This document shows positions 18,259 through 26,651 of a stretch of 54,662 bases of DNA, one piece after another. Location: the IMG/VR virus record IMGVR_UViG_3300043425_000063, positions 1 through 54,662 of that record. One strand, 5' to 3'. The first letter of the stretch is position 1. Every line of letters begins with the position of its first letter. The notes under the pieces were generated by a model. That model did no database searches. It was not told where the DNA came from and saw only the letters and a list, made by a program, of their open reading frames with translations. The DNA is from a virus. Taxonomy: Duplodnaviria; Caudoviricetes. The position numbers and the translations under genes are program-made.

Positions 18259-19302
18259 TCAAGCGTTCACAGTTATACGACCATCCCGCTGTGCAGCGAA
18301 GATGTCGCGTTCAATGCGGTCGCGCTCTGCTTCACGCCCTTTGTATTTACCTTGACGGACATCGTTAAAGAAAAGTTTGATGTCATCAGGCGAATACGTC
18401 TTGGCATTTGAACCTGAAGGGTTCCCCGTGTTCCGGCCTTTACCCGGAGCCACTTGGCGTTCAAGTTCGGAAGCAGACACATTCCGACGAGTGTTTTGAG
18501 CAACATTGGCTTGTCCAGTTAACTCAAGCCAAGACTTAAAGAAGTTACCTACTCTGCGCACATCGAGGCTGTTTTGAGCATCCTCAAGGATGGTTTGACG
18601 AGTAATACCAGACAGTGGGTCTACCTCCAACAACCACGACTGGAACGCCGGGTCATTGTTGATGTCCTTCCACTGAGGGGCATACGAAGTCAAATCCGAC
18701 CAAAATTGCTGTTCAGCAGATAGAGCCTGACGTTGTACCACGGCGTTAACCTGAGGCACTACGTTTACCTGCAACTGTTGTAGCAGGCGGTCAATCTGTG
18801 CAATCTTCTGCGCCACAGGGATGAGTTCTTCGCGGGTCACACGACGCATAACGTCAAGCGACTCGCCATATTCCTCTTGGTCTTTATCAGTAATCAGAGT
18901 TTCATCAACTTGCTGAGACTGAGCACGACCATTCTGTTGCGAGATGGTTGCCAGCAACTGCTCCATTTGCTGCAAACGACCCGAGAGTTCTTTGTTCTGA
19001 CTATGCAGACGAGGAACCTCAGCGTTGTACATGCCTTGGAGGGTGCGGTACTTCTGAGTCAGTGTTTCTTCGGCGTCTTTTCCGCCACCATTTGTGTGCT
19101 CGTCACTAGGTGGCTGAGCAGCATTGTTCGTTGCAGCGTTCTCGTCGGCGGTCGGAGTACTGTTTGCCACAGGCTCAGTGGGCGGAGTTCCACCGTCGGT
19201 GGGCGGATTTTGTCCCTCACCATTGGTTCCATCACCATTGAGTTGTTTGTACAGTTCTTGAACTGCCTCGGTCTGTTTACGAATTTGCTCTGGAAGTGCC
19301 AT
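18259..19302 (-). CDS. Capsid scaffolding protein
   Basis: KYRTLQGMYNAEVPRL, coiled coils, C-terminal AAQRDGRI; lies between portal and capsid. Confidence 0.75.
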   Translation of the reverse strand: MALPEQIRKQTEAVQELYKQLNGDGTNGEGQNPPTDGGTPPTEPVANSTPTADENAATNNAAQPPSDEHTNGGGKDAEETLTQKYRTLQGMYNAEVPRLHSQNKELSGRLQQMEQLLATISQQNGRAQSQQVDETLITDKDQEEYGESLDVMRRVTREELIPVAQKIAQIDRLLQQLQVNVVPQVNAVVQRQALSAEQQFWSDLTSYAPQWKDINNDPAFQSWLLEVDPLSGITRQTILEDAQNSLDVRRVGNFFKSWLELTGQANVAQNTRRNVSASELERQVAPGKGRNTGNPSGSNAKTYSPDDIKLFFNDVRQGKYKGREAERDRIERDIFAAQRDGRITVNA

Positions 19303-19353
19303 GATTAAAACGCTCCTATCGGTATGCGTGGATTAGACGGCGAGTCATATCAG

Positions 19354-19569
19354 TTAGGACTTTGCCGCTAGTTCAGGGGACTCTTTGGCGAGTTTGTACA
19401 ACTCACCCAAAACTTGGCATCGCCCCTGCATCAATGCCGCGTTGTTTACAGCGTGTGGAAGTTGCTCCAATTCGTGCGTACGCCAAGCAGCAATATATTC
19501 CAGAATCTCTGGATATTGCCGAACCGCAATGGCAAAAGCCTTTACAGTTTTGTCGTCAGGACGAATCAT
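19354..19569 (-). CDS. Small post-portal protein
   Basis: 71 aa with QGR motif; ATGA overlap with the portal gene. Confidence 0.65.
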   Translation of the reverse strand: MIRPDDKTVKAFAIAVRQYPEILEYIAAWRTHELEQLPHAVNNAALMQGRCQVLGELYKLAKESPELAAKS

Positions 19570-21614
19570 GCTGCCCTCCCACTAGCCCTGCTTTGCACTA
19601 CGTTCGCTTCCATTCCACCTTTGGGAGTACCGTCTGGTTGCATAGGCACGCCAGACGCTTGGTCAGCAGCAAGTGCTTGAGCGGCTTGCGCCGCCGCCTT
19701 GTCAGTGAAACCAAGTTTCTCCCGAGACGGAATAACCGCGTCCACAGGCATTTGCAACCCTTTAGCCACCTCACGAAGAATCGCGGTGCGACCATCCTTA
19801 CCAATAATTTCCATATCAAATTGATTGGCGGTTGCGTTAAGGAACTCGATACGGCGCACGTTGACAGTCTCTTTGACAGCCAAGTTAACTGCGCCACGGG
19901 CAATGACTTGTACATCACCCTTGATGCTTTCATCTTCGTCATATCGCATGTTGTACACGAACTGACGTTGAACAATCGGTTTGATTACGTCTTGGTCAAT
20001 ATGTGCTACGACCTGACGAATACCTTTACCAGCAGCACCCATCAGCATCGACAAGCCCGAAGAAGTACGGCCTGCACCCTGAACATTCAGGTCGCCATAC
20101 AGGTAGGCTGGGATACCAGAGTGGTCATCTGCCAGACGAGCAAACTTCTCATAGACAGCCATGAGGGTCTGCGCATTATCATCCGGCTGCGTAAAGCGGA
20201 CAGCAGGTGCACTCGACCCCATCGGGTCGTTAGTCACTTGCCAAATCTTCCACGGGTGCATCTGAGTAATGTCCTCGTTCGGAGGAATACGCTCAAGGTT
20301 TACCTCGACCTGTGGGCCAGAGGAGATACCCATGTTGTTGACCAATGCACGAGCGGCTGCGTTACAAACGTTCTGCAAGTCTTCAATAATCTCGGGAATA
20401 CCCTTACCCCAGAACGCGCCGGGGCACTTAATAAACGAAGTCTTGGCGTAAGGCTTCTGACCCAGTGGGTCATAATTCAGCGTGGCCTTGATAACGTAGT
20501 TACCAATCATCCACACGTTGGCATCATACTCACGGGCTTCGTCGGGCACTTCTTCCTCAGTCATACCCCACTCAAGCAACATTTTGCCAGAGACCTTACC
20601 CCAGAACTCAAGGGCGTCATACACATCGGTTGGGCGCATGTAGGAGTAGTACTTACGCTCCTCCTCTTGCTTAATCAACTCGACATCTTCGTTAATCCAA
20701 GATGGGCCTGAGCCTTCGTCAAGGATAGTACGGATAGCATCCTCATCATAGCCCGGTACACCAATCAGTTCAGACAGGTCGGTACGAGATAGAGGGTGGT
20801 GTTCAAAGATGTATCCATCCTCGATACGGGAGATACCCGGCTCAGGGTAAATACGGAAGGGGTCAACACGCTCAAACTCAGGAGCGAGTCTTTCAATCGG
20901 GTCTACAACTGTACGACCAAGTTCGGTTTTCCAACCAAGGGCACGTTGACGACGCACCACTGGGCCTTTGATGAAGGCACATGGGAAAGTAACGAGGTCA
21001 GTGATGAAGTCATTGAACGAATCAGCCCAGCCGCCTTGTGCAAACTGGTCTTCAATCTTCAACTTCATTTTGTCCGCACGATTCTGTGCGTCTTGCAAAA
21101 CTCTGAAGCGATACTCTTGCGAGACCATTTCTTTCATCTGCGCCATTTCTTCGCGGTTCGGTGCTTGCTGCTTTGCCTGCAACATCTCAAGCACACGGTT
21201 TGCAAAGATGTCCTGAATCTCTTGCCGCTGTGCGGGGGACAAATCAGGAATGGGGGTGGAGACAATATCCCAAGGAGGAGTACCACTATCGAGGAGAATG
21301 TCACGTAGCCAAGACTCCGCTGCGCGGCACTTGACTTCAGTAATCATCATGTAAATTTCAGAGCCGCCTTGGGCTTTGATTTGCTGCAACTTATCGGCTT
21401 CGTACTCACCGTTACGCTGACGCAAAGCCATGAGCATCGTATCTTCGATGGGCTTCTTGGCAATCTTGGCTACATCCCAGCATAGGCGTAGGTGAGACGC
21501 AAGGCCCAACACCATCGGTTGGTTCTGACGCTCTTGCAATGCCTGAGCCGCAGCATCTTCCTGCTGCTTAAGTTCGGCATTAGATACTACGCGTAGTAGG
21601 GATAGTCCAGCCAT
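19566..21614 (-). CDS. Portal protein
   Basis: 682 aa; DPFRIYPEP, FWGKGIPE..Q..NAAARALVNN, RTSSGLSMLM. Confidence 0.9.
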   Translation of the reverse strand: MAGLSLLRVVSNAELKQQEDAAAQALQERQNQPMVLGLASHLRLCWDVAKIAKKPIEDTMLMALRQRNGEYEADKLQQIKAQGGSEIYMMITEVKCRAAESWLRDILLDSGTPPWDIVSTPIPDLSPAQRQEIQDIFANRVLEMLQAKQQAPNREEMAQMKEMVSQEYRFRVLQDAQNRADKMKLKIEDQFAQGGWADSFNDFITDLVTFPCAFIKGPVVRRQRALGWKTELGRTVVDPIERLAPEFERVDPFRIYPEPGISRIEDGYIFEHHPLSRTDLSELIGVPGYDEDAIRTILDEGSGPSWINEDVELIKQEEERKYYSYMRPTDVYDALEFWGKVSGKMLLEWGMTEEEVPDEAREYDANVWMIGNYVIKATLNYDPLGQKPYAKTSFIKCPGAFWGKGIPEIIEDLQNVCNAAARALVNNMGISSGPQVEVNLERIPPNEDITQMHPWKIWQVTNDPMGSSAPAVRFTQPDDNAQTLMAVYEKFARLADDHSGIPAYLYGDLNVQGAGRTSSGLSMLMGAAGKGIRQVVAHIDQDVIKPIVQRQFVYNMRYDEDESIKGDVQVIARGAVNLAVKETVNVRRIEFLNATANQFDMEIIGKDGRTAILREVAKGLQMPVDAVIPSREKLGFTDKAAAQAAQALAADQASGVPMQPDGTPKGGMEANVVQSRASGRAA

Positions 21615-21805
21615 TATTCTTCCTCGGTATCAGGACGCTTTGCGTTCTTATACTCTTGGACTTCCATGATGTCGTCAATGGTCATCACAGGAGTTTTCCA
21701 CTCCATCGGCTTATATTCTTTAGGCTTTCCAGCCATGCCGCTAGTATCCATCTTCTCGTTATCTGAGAACACGGTGTACTGCTTTGTCGCCTTTTTGATT
21801 GCCAT
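21614..21805 (-). CDS. Hypothetical 63-aa protein (first late gene)
   Basis: AAGGAGG RBS before ATG 21805. Confidence 0.65.
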   Translation of the reverse strand: MAIKKATKQYTVFSDNEKMDTSGMAGKPKEYKPMEWKTPVMTIDDIMEVQEYKNAKRPDTEEE

Positions 21806-21846
21806 GCCAGCCTCCTTGCCAGACACACTAACGCATATTGTAGTGT

Positions 21847-21889
21847 GGTTCTATCAACAAGTATACATACTGTCAAGAATTTTGTGCAA
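21847..21889 (-). promoter_or_regulatory. Probable late promoter
   Basis: TTGCAC-18-TATACT and TTGACA-17-TAGAAC; 16-mer shared with the terS promoter. Confidence 0.55.
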
Positions 21890-21890
21890 G

Positions 21891-21923
21891 AAAAAAATGC
21901 CCCGGAGTGACCTCGACGGGGCA
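21891..21923 (-). terminator. Intrinsic terminator after terL
   Basis: TGCCCCG...CGGGGCA stem followed by seven T. Confidence 0.75.
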
Positions 21924-21985
21924 AACCCACAGAAGGAGATGTGGGGAGGTGACAACTGCTGCTGCAAAACAGCCCCTCCATCATA

Positions 21986-23371
21986 TCAAGTCCAACCCAT
22001 ACTTGCAACAGGCTTAATCTCACGACGCTGGGGTAAATGATGCCCCTCGCCAACGGAGGCGATATGGAGCATGAGGTATTGTAACGCCTCGGCTACGTGG
22101 GAGTGTTTGTTCTTGTCAATGTCCCCATCGCCTTTGGGTTTGTACCTATATCCACCCATCATCGCCGCCTTCAACTGGGTGCACGACGGGTCGAGTAAGA
22201 AGGCTGGGTCGCCGTCAACTTGACGCATGAGGTAGTCGTCCACAGCATTGATGCGGGCTGAGATGTTGTTGGTCTTAGCAGGGATGACTTTGAGTCCTTC
22301 GGCCTTGATGATGTCCACTGCCGAGCGTTCATCGGTCTGCGCCCGCTGAATACCCGCCGGGTCAGTAACCACCAGGATGGGCGCACCGCCAAACCGTTCG
22401 TATATCAGAGGCTTGAGCATGGTACGGACAAACCGCTGTACACCCATGTCAAACGATACACACTCGCCAAGTATCAGTGCTCGCCCTCTCGGGTCTTGCT
22501 GCCCGATGACAGCGGCTGGGGTAAGCCCCAAGTCCATCCCGACAATAATGGGTCGAACCCCATTACTGATATGGCGAAGCCTCTCTCTAGCCATATGGTA
22601 GTCTGGCCTGAAATACTTGTACACAGGCATACCCGCCGAGGATAGGCCGTAGTCACCGTCGATGTAAACCCGTATGTACTCCTCGCTACGACCTTGGGTG
22701 TCGTAGTATCCATCGGGGAGATTGTCAATATTCTCGGCAAAGGTCGAGCGGCCTGACGGCTGCTTGTAGACCGCCCACCCGTTATTGTTCGCTGATACGC
22801 CATCTTTGGGGTCTAAGCCTTCCATCTGGTAATACCACCACGTATCCATAGTCGGTGGGTTAGTATCGCCCCACATACCGTGCCACGTTGGCCCACCATC
22901 TTTCGCTGACGGAAAGCGGCCCACACGTTTGGACATCGCATCCACAATGTCTGGGTGGATGTCCCGGCACTCGTTGAACCACGCAAACGACAATTCCAAC
23001 GAGTTCAAGTTTGCTACATCGTCCGCATCGTCCAGCGCACGGAACATAATCTCGCACTCTACATCCCCCACCTTAAAGAAATAAGTCTTGGTCGTACGCA
23101 TGTACTCCCCGCACTGCCCCGGTGGGAACCAATCCAAGAAGGTCTTGATGGTGGTGTCTTGCAACTGACGAGCAGTCTCACGCACAATCGCCGCCCGGGT
23201 TTTACGCACCCCTTGTGCGTTGGGCTTTTGCAGACTGGCACGGCGCACAATCTCAAAGGAGCAGGTGACGGATTTGCCGGAGCCGACTGGCCCCATCAGA
23301 ACCCGCATCTTGGCATCCGACGCCATGAACTTCTTACCAGTTGGCGGCGGTGTATAGTTAATGTTCAGCAT
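21986..23371 (-). CDS. terL: Terminase large subunit
   Basis: Walker A GPVGSGKS, Walker B AWFNE, DTNPP, nuclease GMDLG and H..EALQY. Confidence 0.95.
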   Translation of the reverse strand: MLNINYTPPPTGKKFMASDAKMRVLMGPVGSGKSVTCSFEIVRRASLQKPNAQGVRKTRAAIVRETARQLQDTTIKTFLDWFPPGQCGEYMRTTKTYFFKVGDVECEIMFRALDDADDVANLNSLELSFAWFNECRDIHPDIVDAMSKRVGRFPSAKDGGPTWHGMWGDTNPPTMDTWWYYQMEGLDPKDGVSANNNGWAVYKQPSGRSTFAENIDNLPDGYYDTQGRSEEYIRVYIDGDYGLSSAGMPVYKYFRPDYHMARERLRHISNGVRPIIVGMDLGLTPAAVIGQQDPRGRALILGECVSFDMGVQRFVRTMLKPLIYERFGGAPILVVTDPAGIQRAQTDERSAVDIIKAEGLKVIPAKTNNISARINAVDDYLMRQVDGDPAFLLDPSCTQLKAAMMGGYRYKPKGDGDIDKNKHSHVAEALQYLMLHIASVGEGHHLPQRREIKPVASMGWT

Positions 23372-23565
23372 TGCACCTCCACGAGCATGACCCAGAACTC
23401 GCGTCCCCGGCGTTTATGCTTCACGATTTTGGTCTTATAAGACACCCCACTTTCACGCAGGGCGGACTCCATATTATGTGCTTCGCTCGCACTGACGAAT
23501 CGTACGGCTCGCATACCCTCGAAGGTCGCAGTGAACTTACTGTCCAGACTCAATGGCAGTGACAT
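23365..23565 (-). CDS. Hypothetical protein between the terminase subunits
   Basis: 66 aa, overlapping both neighbours. Confidence 0.5.
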   Translation of the reverse strand: MSLPLSLDSKFTATFEGMRAVRFVSASEAHNMESALRESGVSYKTKIVKHKRRGREFWVMLVEVQC

Positions 23566-24022
23566 CCGTTACCTCAGTATTATCTGCTTCGATTGTCCGA
23601 GCATCCTCCGGGGTAGCCCCCAGATTGATAGTGATGCGCACTCCACCTGCACCACCTTCCACAACAGCATCGTTCTTGGGTTCCAACCCACCCCACTTCA
23701 CGGTAGATTTAATCAGGTCGGCTTTGACCGCTGGCGATACAGCCGGGTCATGAATCAACAGCCAAGAAGTTGTCAGGAGTTCTTCCGCTTGGGCGCGGGC
23801 CTTGAGTTTGAATGTGATGCCCTTCTCACGGACTTCATCGCGATAATGCTCAACCTTCTTCAGAAATACCGGGTCGGCATTGAAGAAGATGATGTCGTTA
23901 GCCGAGATTTTGTGGCGGGTTATGACTTCTTGCAAAGTCTCCCCACTGCCCTCCAAAGTGAGAGCAATGTCGAACGCCAACCTATCTGACCATTTGGTGT
24001 GGTGTAGTGGTAGGGTATCCAT
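23537..24022 (-). CDS. terS: Terminase small subunit
   Basis: 161 aa; HTH-like N-terminus, helical core, VRITINLG strand; upstream of terL. Confidence 0.75.
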   Translation of the reverse strand: MDTLPLHHTKWSDRLAFDIALTLEGSGETLQEVITRHKISANDIIFFNADPVFLKKVEHYRDEVREKGITFKLKARAQAEELLTTSWLLIHDPAVSPAVKADLIKSTVKWGGLEPKNDAVVEGGAGGVRITINLGATPEDARTIEADNTEVTDVTAIESGQ

Positions 24023-24028
24023 GCCCCG

Positions 24029-24059
24029 AATATAACACGAGGTCTTACGGTTGTGTCAA
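24029..24059 (-). promoter_or_regulatory. terS promoter, probably leaderless
   Basis: TTGACA-19-TATATT with extended TG; -10 is 6 nt from the ATG; no spaced Shine-Dalgarno. Confidence 0.55.
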
Positions 24060-24261
24060 CAAGTTTGGTTATAAAGAGATTAGGGAAGTTATCGGCGGAG
24101 GCTAACTTTACACGTTCCTTTTTTTGGGTCTTGGTTTAAGGGGTTTACTATATACAGGGGGGGCGGTGCAAACGCCAGTCCATGTACCCCCCGTCAAGCC
24201 AGCCACAGCGCAAGCCAGCCAGCGCGAACCGCGCCCGCAAACGCCTTGATTTCAGGCGTAT

Positions 24262-24289
24262 TTGACATTTTTGTAAAGTCTGGCAATCT
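24262..24289 (+). promoter_or_regulatory. Early promoter P1
   Basis: TTGACA-16-CAATCT with extended TG; IHF-like AAACGCCTTGATT just upstream. Confidence 0.65.
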
Positions 24290-24315
24290 GAAATTGTCGA
24301 TGCAGATGCAGCGAC

Positions 24316-24341
24316 CAGACGAAAGTCTGATGTTCTTTAAC
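24316..24341 (+). promoter_or_regulatory. boxB-like hairpin plus boxA-like antitermination signal
   Basis: CAGAC-GAAA-GTCTG, then A, then TGTTCTTTAAC (E. coli rrn boxA is TGCTCTTTAACA). Confidence 0.6.
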
Positions 24342-24358
24342 CTTGTTAGGAGAAAACC

Positions 24359-24628
24359 ATGAGTGAACGCACTCCAACCGCTAAGCGGTCGATTGCCCCC
24401 GTAACTGTGACGGTTGAAATCACAGCCACCCGTATCAACGAGAACGGTACGCTCTCGGGAATTACGGCAAAGGTTGTGAAGCAACCAGTCAAGGGTAACG
24501 AGTTTAAGACCTCGGTTCCCCCAATGGCAGGCGGAGCAATCTACCTCAAGGCTCTCAGTCTCGACGGTCTCCAAGTCCTAGCGGACGACGAACCCAAGCA
24601 GGCAACAGCCAAGCGGAAGTTGTTCTAA
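24359..24628 (+). CDS. Early protein A1 (paralog of 25691..25948)
   Basis: AGGAG RBS; NENGT, PP.AGGA.Y.K...LDGL, C-terminal KLF. Confidence 0.85.
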   Translation: MSERTPTAKRSIAPVTVTVEITATRINENGTLSGITAKVVKQPVKGNEFKTSVPPMAGGAIYLKALSLDGLQVLADDEPKQATAKRKLF

Positions 24629-24686
24629 GTAGTAGGAGCCGGAGCAATCCGGCTCCCTTTTAACCCGCACGATGAAGGAGAATACC

Positions 24687-24875
24687 ATGAGTGCATACGT
24701 AGCAGGCGAGCGCAAGAAGCGCAAGCAAGAGTCCAATCGGTTCGTAGTCAAGTGGATAGAAGAAGATTCAATCTACTTTCGCTGGTTCAAGCGTGATAGA
24801 TACGCTGTACAGTTCCAGCAGGAGTTAATTGACGACGGAATCCCACCCGAGAATGTACGGATTCAGATGAAGTAA
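24687..24875 (+). CDS. Early hypothetical protein, 62 aa
   Basis: AAGGAG RBS before ATG 24687. Confidence 0.75.
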   Translation: MSAYVAGERKKRKQESNRFVVKWIEEDSIYFRWFKRDRYAVQFQQELIDDGIPPENVRIQMK

Positions 24876-24928
24876 ACCACCGGAGCGGAGCCGAAAGGCT
24901 CCCTCCCCTAACTTTACAGGAGAATCAA

Positions 24929-25024
24929 ATGGAAAAGTTCTGCGAGAAGCACCCCGAAGTAGCAGCAATCATCATTGCACCAGTGTTGTATGTACTGTTA
25001 TGGGTAGCAATGGCACTGTTCTGA
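24929..25024 (+). CDS. 31-aa single-TM peptide
   Basis: AGGAG RBS; MEKFCEKHPEVAAIIIAPVLYVLLWVAMALF. Confidence 0.7.
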   Translation: MEKFCEKHPEVAAIIIAPVLYVLLWVAMALF

Positions 25025-25030
25025 ACCACA

Positions 25031-25054
25031 AGCCCGGCGAAAGCCGGGTTTTTT
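25031..25054 (+). terminator. Intrinsic terminator
   Basis: AGCCCGGC-GAAA-GCCGGG followed by TTTTTT. Confidence 0.85.
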
Positions 25055-25062
25055 ATTGCCTA

Positions 25063-25508
25063 AAACTTTACATTTGTATTGTATTATATATAAACCATAC
25101 GCCGGGGGGTGCAGCCATGACACTTTCGACCGCTGTATCGCAATAATCTATGGGCATAAGACAATAATCTAACTTGACATGTGCATTTTTAGATTGTTGT
25201 AAGGCCTAACTTGACACTCGTAAGTGGTTGATTCCATTGGGAATAGTGCCATGAGAGAGTGTAAACAATCCAAATAATCTAAATAATCTATAGAATATAC
25301 ACATATACCCTTTCATTAATTGTTTTGACTGTAAAGTTAAAGAAGGCGGGTGTATGTTGCAGTGTGTTGATACCCTAACTTGACTAGATTATTTGCCTCA
25401 CGTAGATTATTCCCTCGTAAGTCCTTGAATTCATTAAGAATTCCTAACAATCTAAGTTTTGTATTTGACAGTTGTCTTTGTCTCTGGTATTCGCGGTGTT
25501 AGATTATG
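25063..25508. repeat. AT-rich non-coding array of 9-mer and 11-mer repeats (candidate origin)
   Basis: Ten AAYAATCTA-like copies in both orientations and five WAACTTKACA-like copies. Confidence 0.75.
25221..25233. promoter_or_regulatory. IHF consensus site
   Basis: TAAGTGGTTGATT fits YAANNNNTTGATW; 1-mismatch copy at 25418-25430. Confidence 0.55.
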
Positions 25509-25591
25509 GCGTGACCTTGTATAATTACAAAACTCAGCCGACCCCTCGAAGTGAGTGCTCGCTCACCCGCAAACCCTTGCCCAGCCTGTGT

Positions 25592-25619
25592 TTGCGTTTT
25601 TCTCGGGTCGTGGCAATCT
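25592..25619 (+). promoter_or_regulatory. Early promoter P2 (paralog of P1)
   Basis: TTGCGT-16-CAATCT; same TGGCAATCTGA block and spacing as P1. Confidence 0.55.
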
Positions 25620-25690
25620 GACCCTGACCCCAGCAACACCGCTGTGGTGTCAAAGATGTAATGTAAACTTAACCAACTTCAGGAGTAATT

Positions 25691-25948
25691 ATGCAAGCAA
25701 CAGTGAAGAAGTCCATCAAGCCCGTTACCTTTACCATCACCGTGGTAGCCAAGAAGGTTAACGAGAACGGTACATTCAGTGCCTTTGAGGTACAGAGTGT
25801 CAAGGGTAATGTCAAGAACAGTACCTTTAAGGTAGTAGCCCCACCACAAGCAGGTGGTGCTCTGTACATCAAGTGCGAAACACTTGACGGATTGGAACTT
25901 ATGACTGACGGTGCAGTAGCCAATGCACCCAAAGCCAAGTTGTTCTAA
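25691..25948 (+). CDS. Early protein A2 (paralog of 24359..24628)
   Basis: AGGAG RBS; colinear similarity to A1. Confidence 0.85.
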   Translation: MQATVKKSIKPVTFTITVVAKKVNENGTFSAFEVQSVKGNVKNSTFKVVAPPQAGGALYIKCETLDGLELMTDGAVANAPKAKLF

Positions 25949-26000
25949 CCCCACGGCGGAGGTATCCCCTCCGCCTTCTTTCAACTTATTGGAGGATGAT

Positions 26001-26366
26001 ATGAACCAATACGATTTATCAGGTGTACCTCGTGTACCCAATGCCAAGTGCAGACAATACGTAGCAGACCGTGAACCATTCAGGGGTAGTAACCTGTACG
26101 GTGTTTACTCATTGGTTGACACAGACCACGAAGTTTACACGGTGTTCTCATACGGTGACCACTACCCAATGTTCATCTACACGGAGGGGATGTGGTTCGA
26201 GAATGAGGATAGGTACAGTCGGTCAACTACCCGACACCATTCACAGGCTAAACCTTACGGCATTAACACCATCCTGCTCTCAACCCGATGGATGCAACGA
26301 CTAGCCAACAACGGCTATCAGTCCATTGCCAAAGAGCGTATCTTCAACGAACCAGTGGAGGCTTAA
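26001..26366 (+). CDS. Early hypothetical protein
   Basis: GGAGG RBS; SYG.HYP..WFEN..RYS.STTRH pattern. Confidence 0.75.
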   Translation: MNQYDLSGVPRVPNAKCRQYVADREPFRGSNLYGVYSLVDTDHEVYTVFSYGDHYPMFIYTEGMWFENEDRYSRSTTRHHSQAKPYGINTILLSTRWMQRLANNGYQSIAKERIFNEPVEA

Positions 26367-26367
26367 C

Positions 26368-26580
26368 ATGGAGGACTACCACCTTCCCATCTGTACGAAC
26401 TGCTATGCCGTGAGGGTAGAACCACAACGGCGCAACATGCCAAGACCAACGTGTATGCGATGTGGTGAGGAAGTTGCCAAGCAACGTAAGTTTACAGTGG
26501 CATGCAACAACAAGCAGGGGTATGAGTTAATCACTGACCCTGCTCATCTCAAACAACTGAATCCCAAGAGGACAACATGA
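26368..26580 (+). CDS. C4 zinc-finger protein (DksA/TraR-finger-like)
   Basis: GGAGG RBS; CTNC-x16-CMRC with RR and TC. Confidence 0.65.
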   Translation: MEDYHLPICTNCYAVRVEPQRRNMPRPTCMRCGEEVAKQRKFTVACNNKQGYELITDPAHLKQLNPKRTT

Positions 26581-26651
26581 ACAACAGACTAATACTTTAC
26601 ATTGTCATCGGGGCTATCCTCGGTGCTCTCGGTGGGTGGTTACTCTCATGA
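26577..26651 (+). CDS. 24-aa hydrophobic peptide
   Basis: GAGGA RBS; ATGA overlaps at both ends; MNNRLILYIVIGAILGALGGWLLS. Confidence 0.6.
   Translation: MNNRLILYIVIGAILGALGGWLLS

Noticed and set aside
19362-20711. 449-aa plus-strand ORF
   Set aside because: Antisense shadow of the portal gene with no motifs; the same applies to 17487..18368, 46554..47366 and 49017..50027
25142-25508. Possible CRISPR array or structured ncRNA
   Set aside because: Repeats are 9-11 bp, irregularly spaced and in both orientations; no convincing long fold
24030-25690. tRNA genes in the non-coding region
   Set aside because: No cloverleaf with a T-loop and acceptor stem could be built by eye; a tRNA scan would settle it
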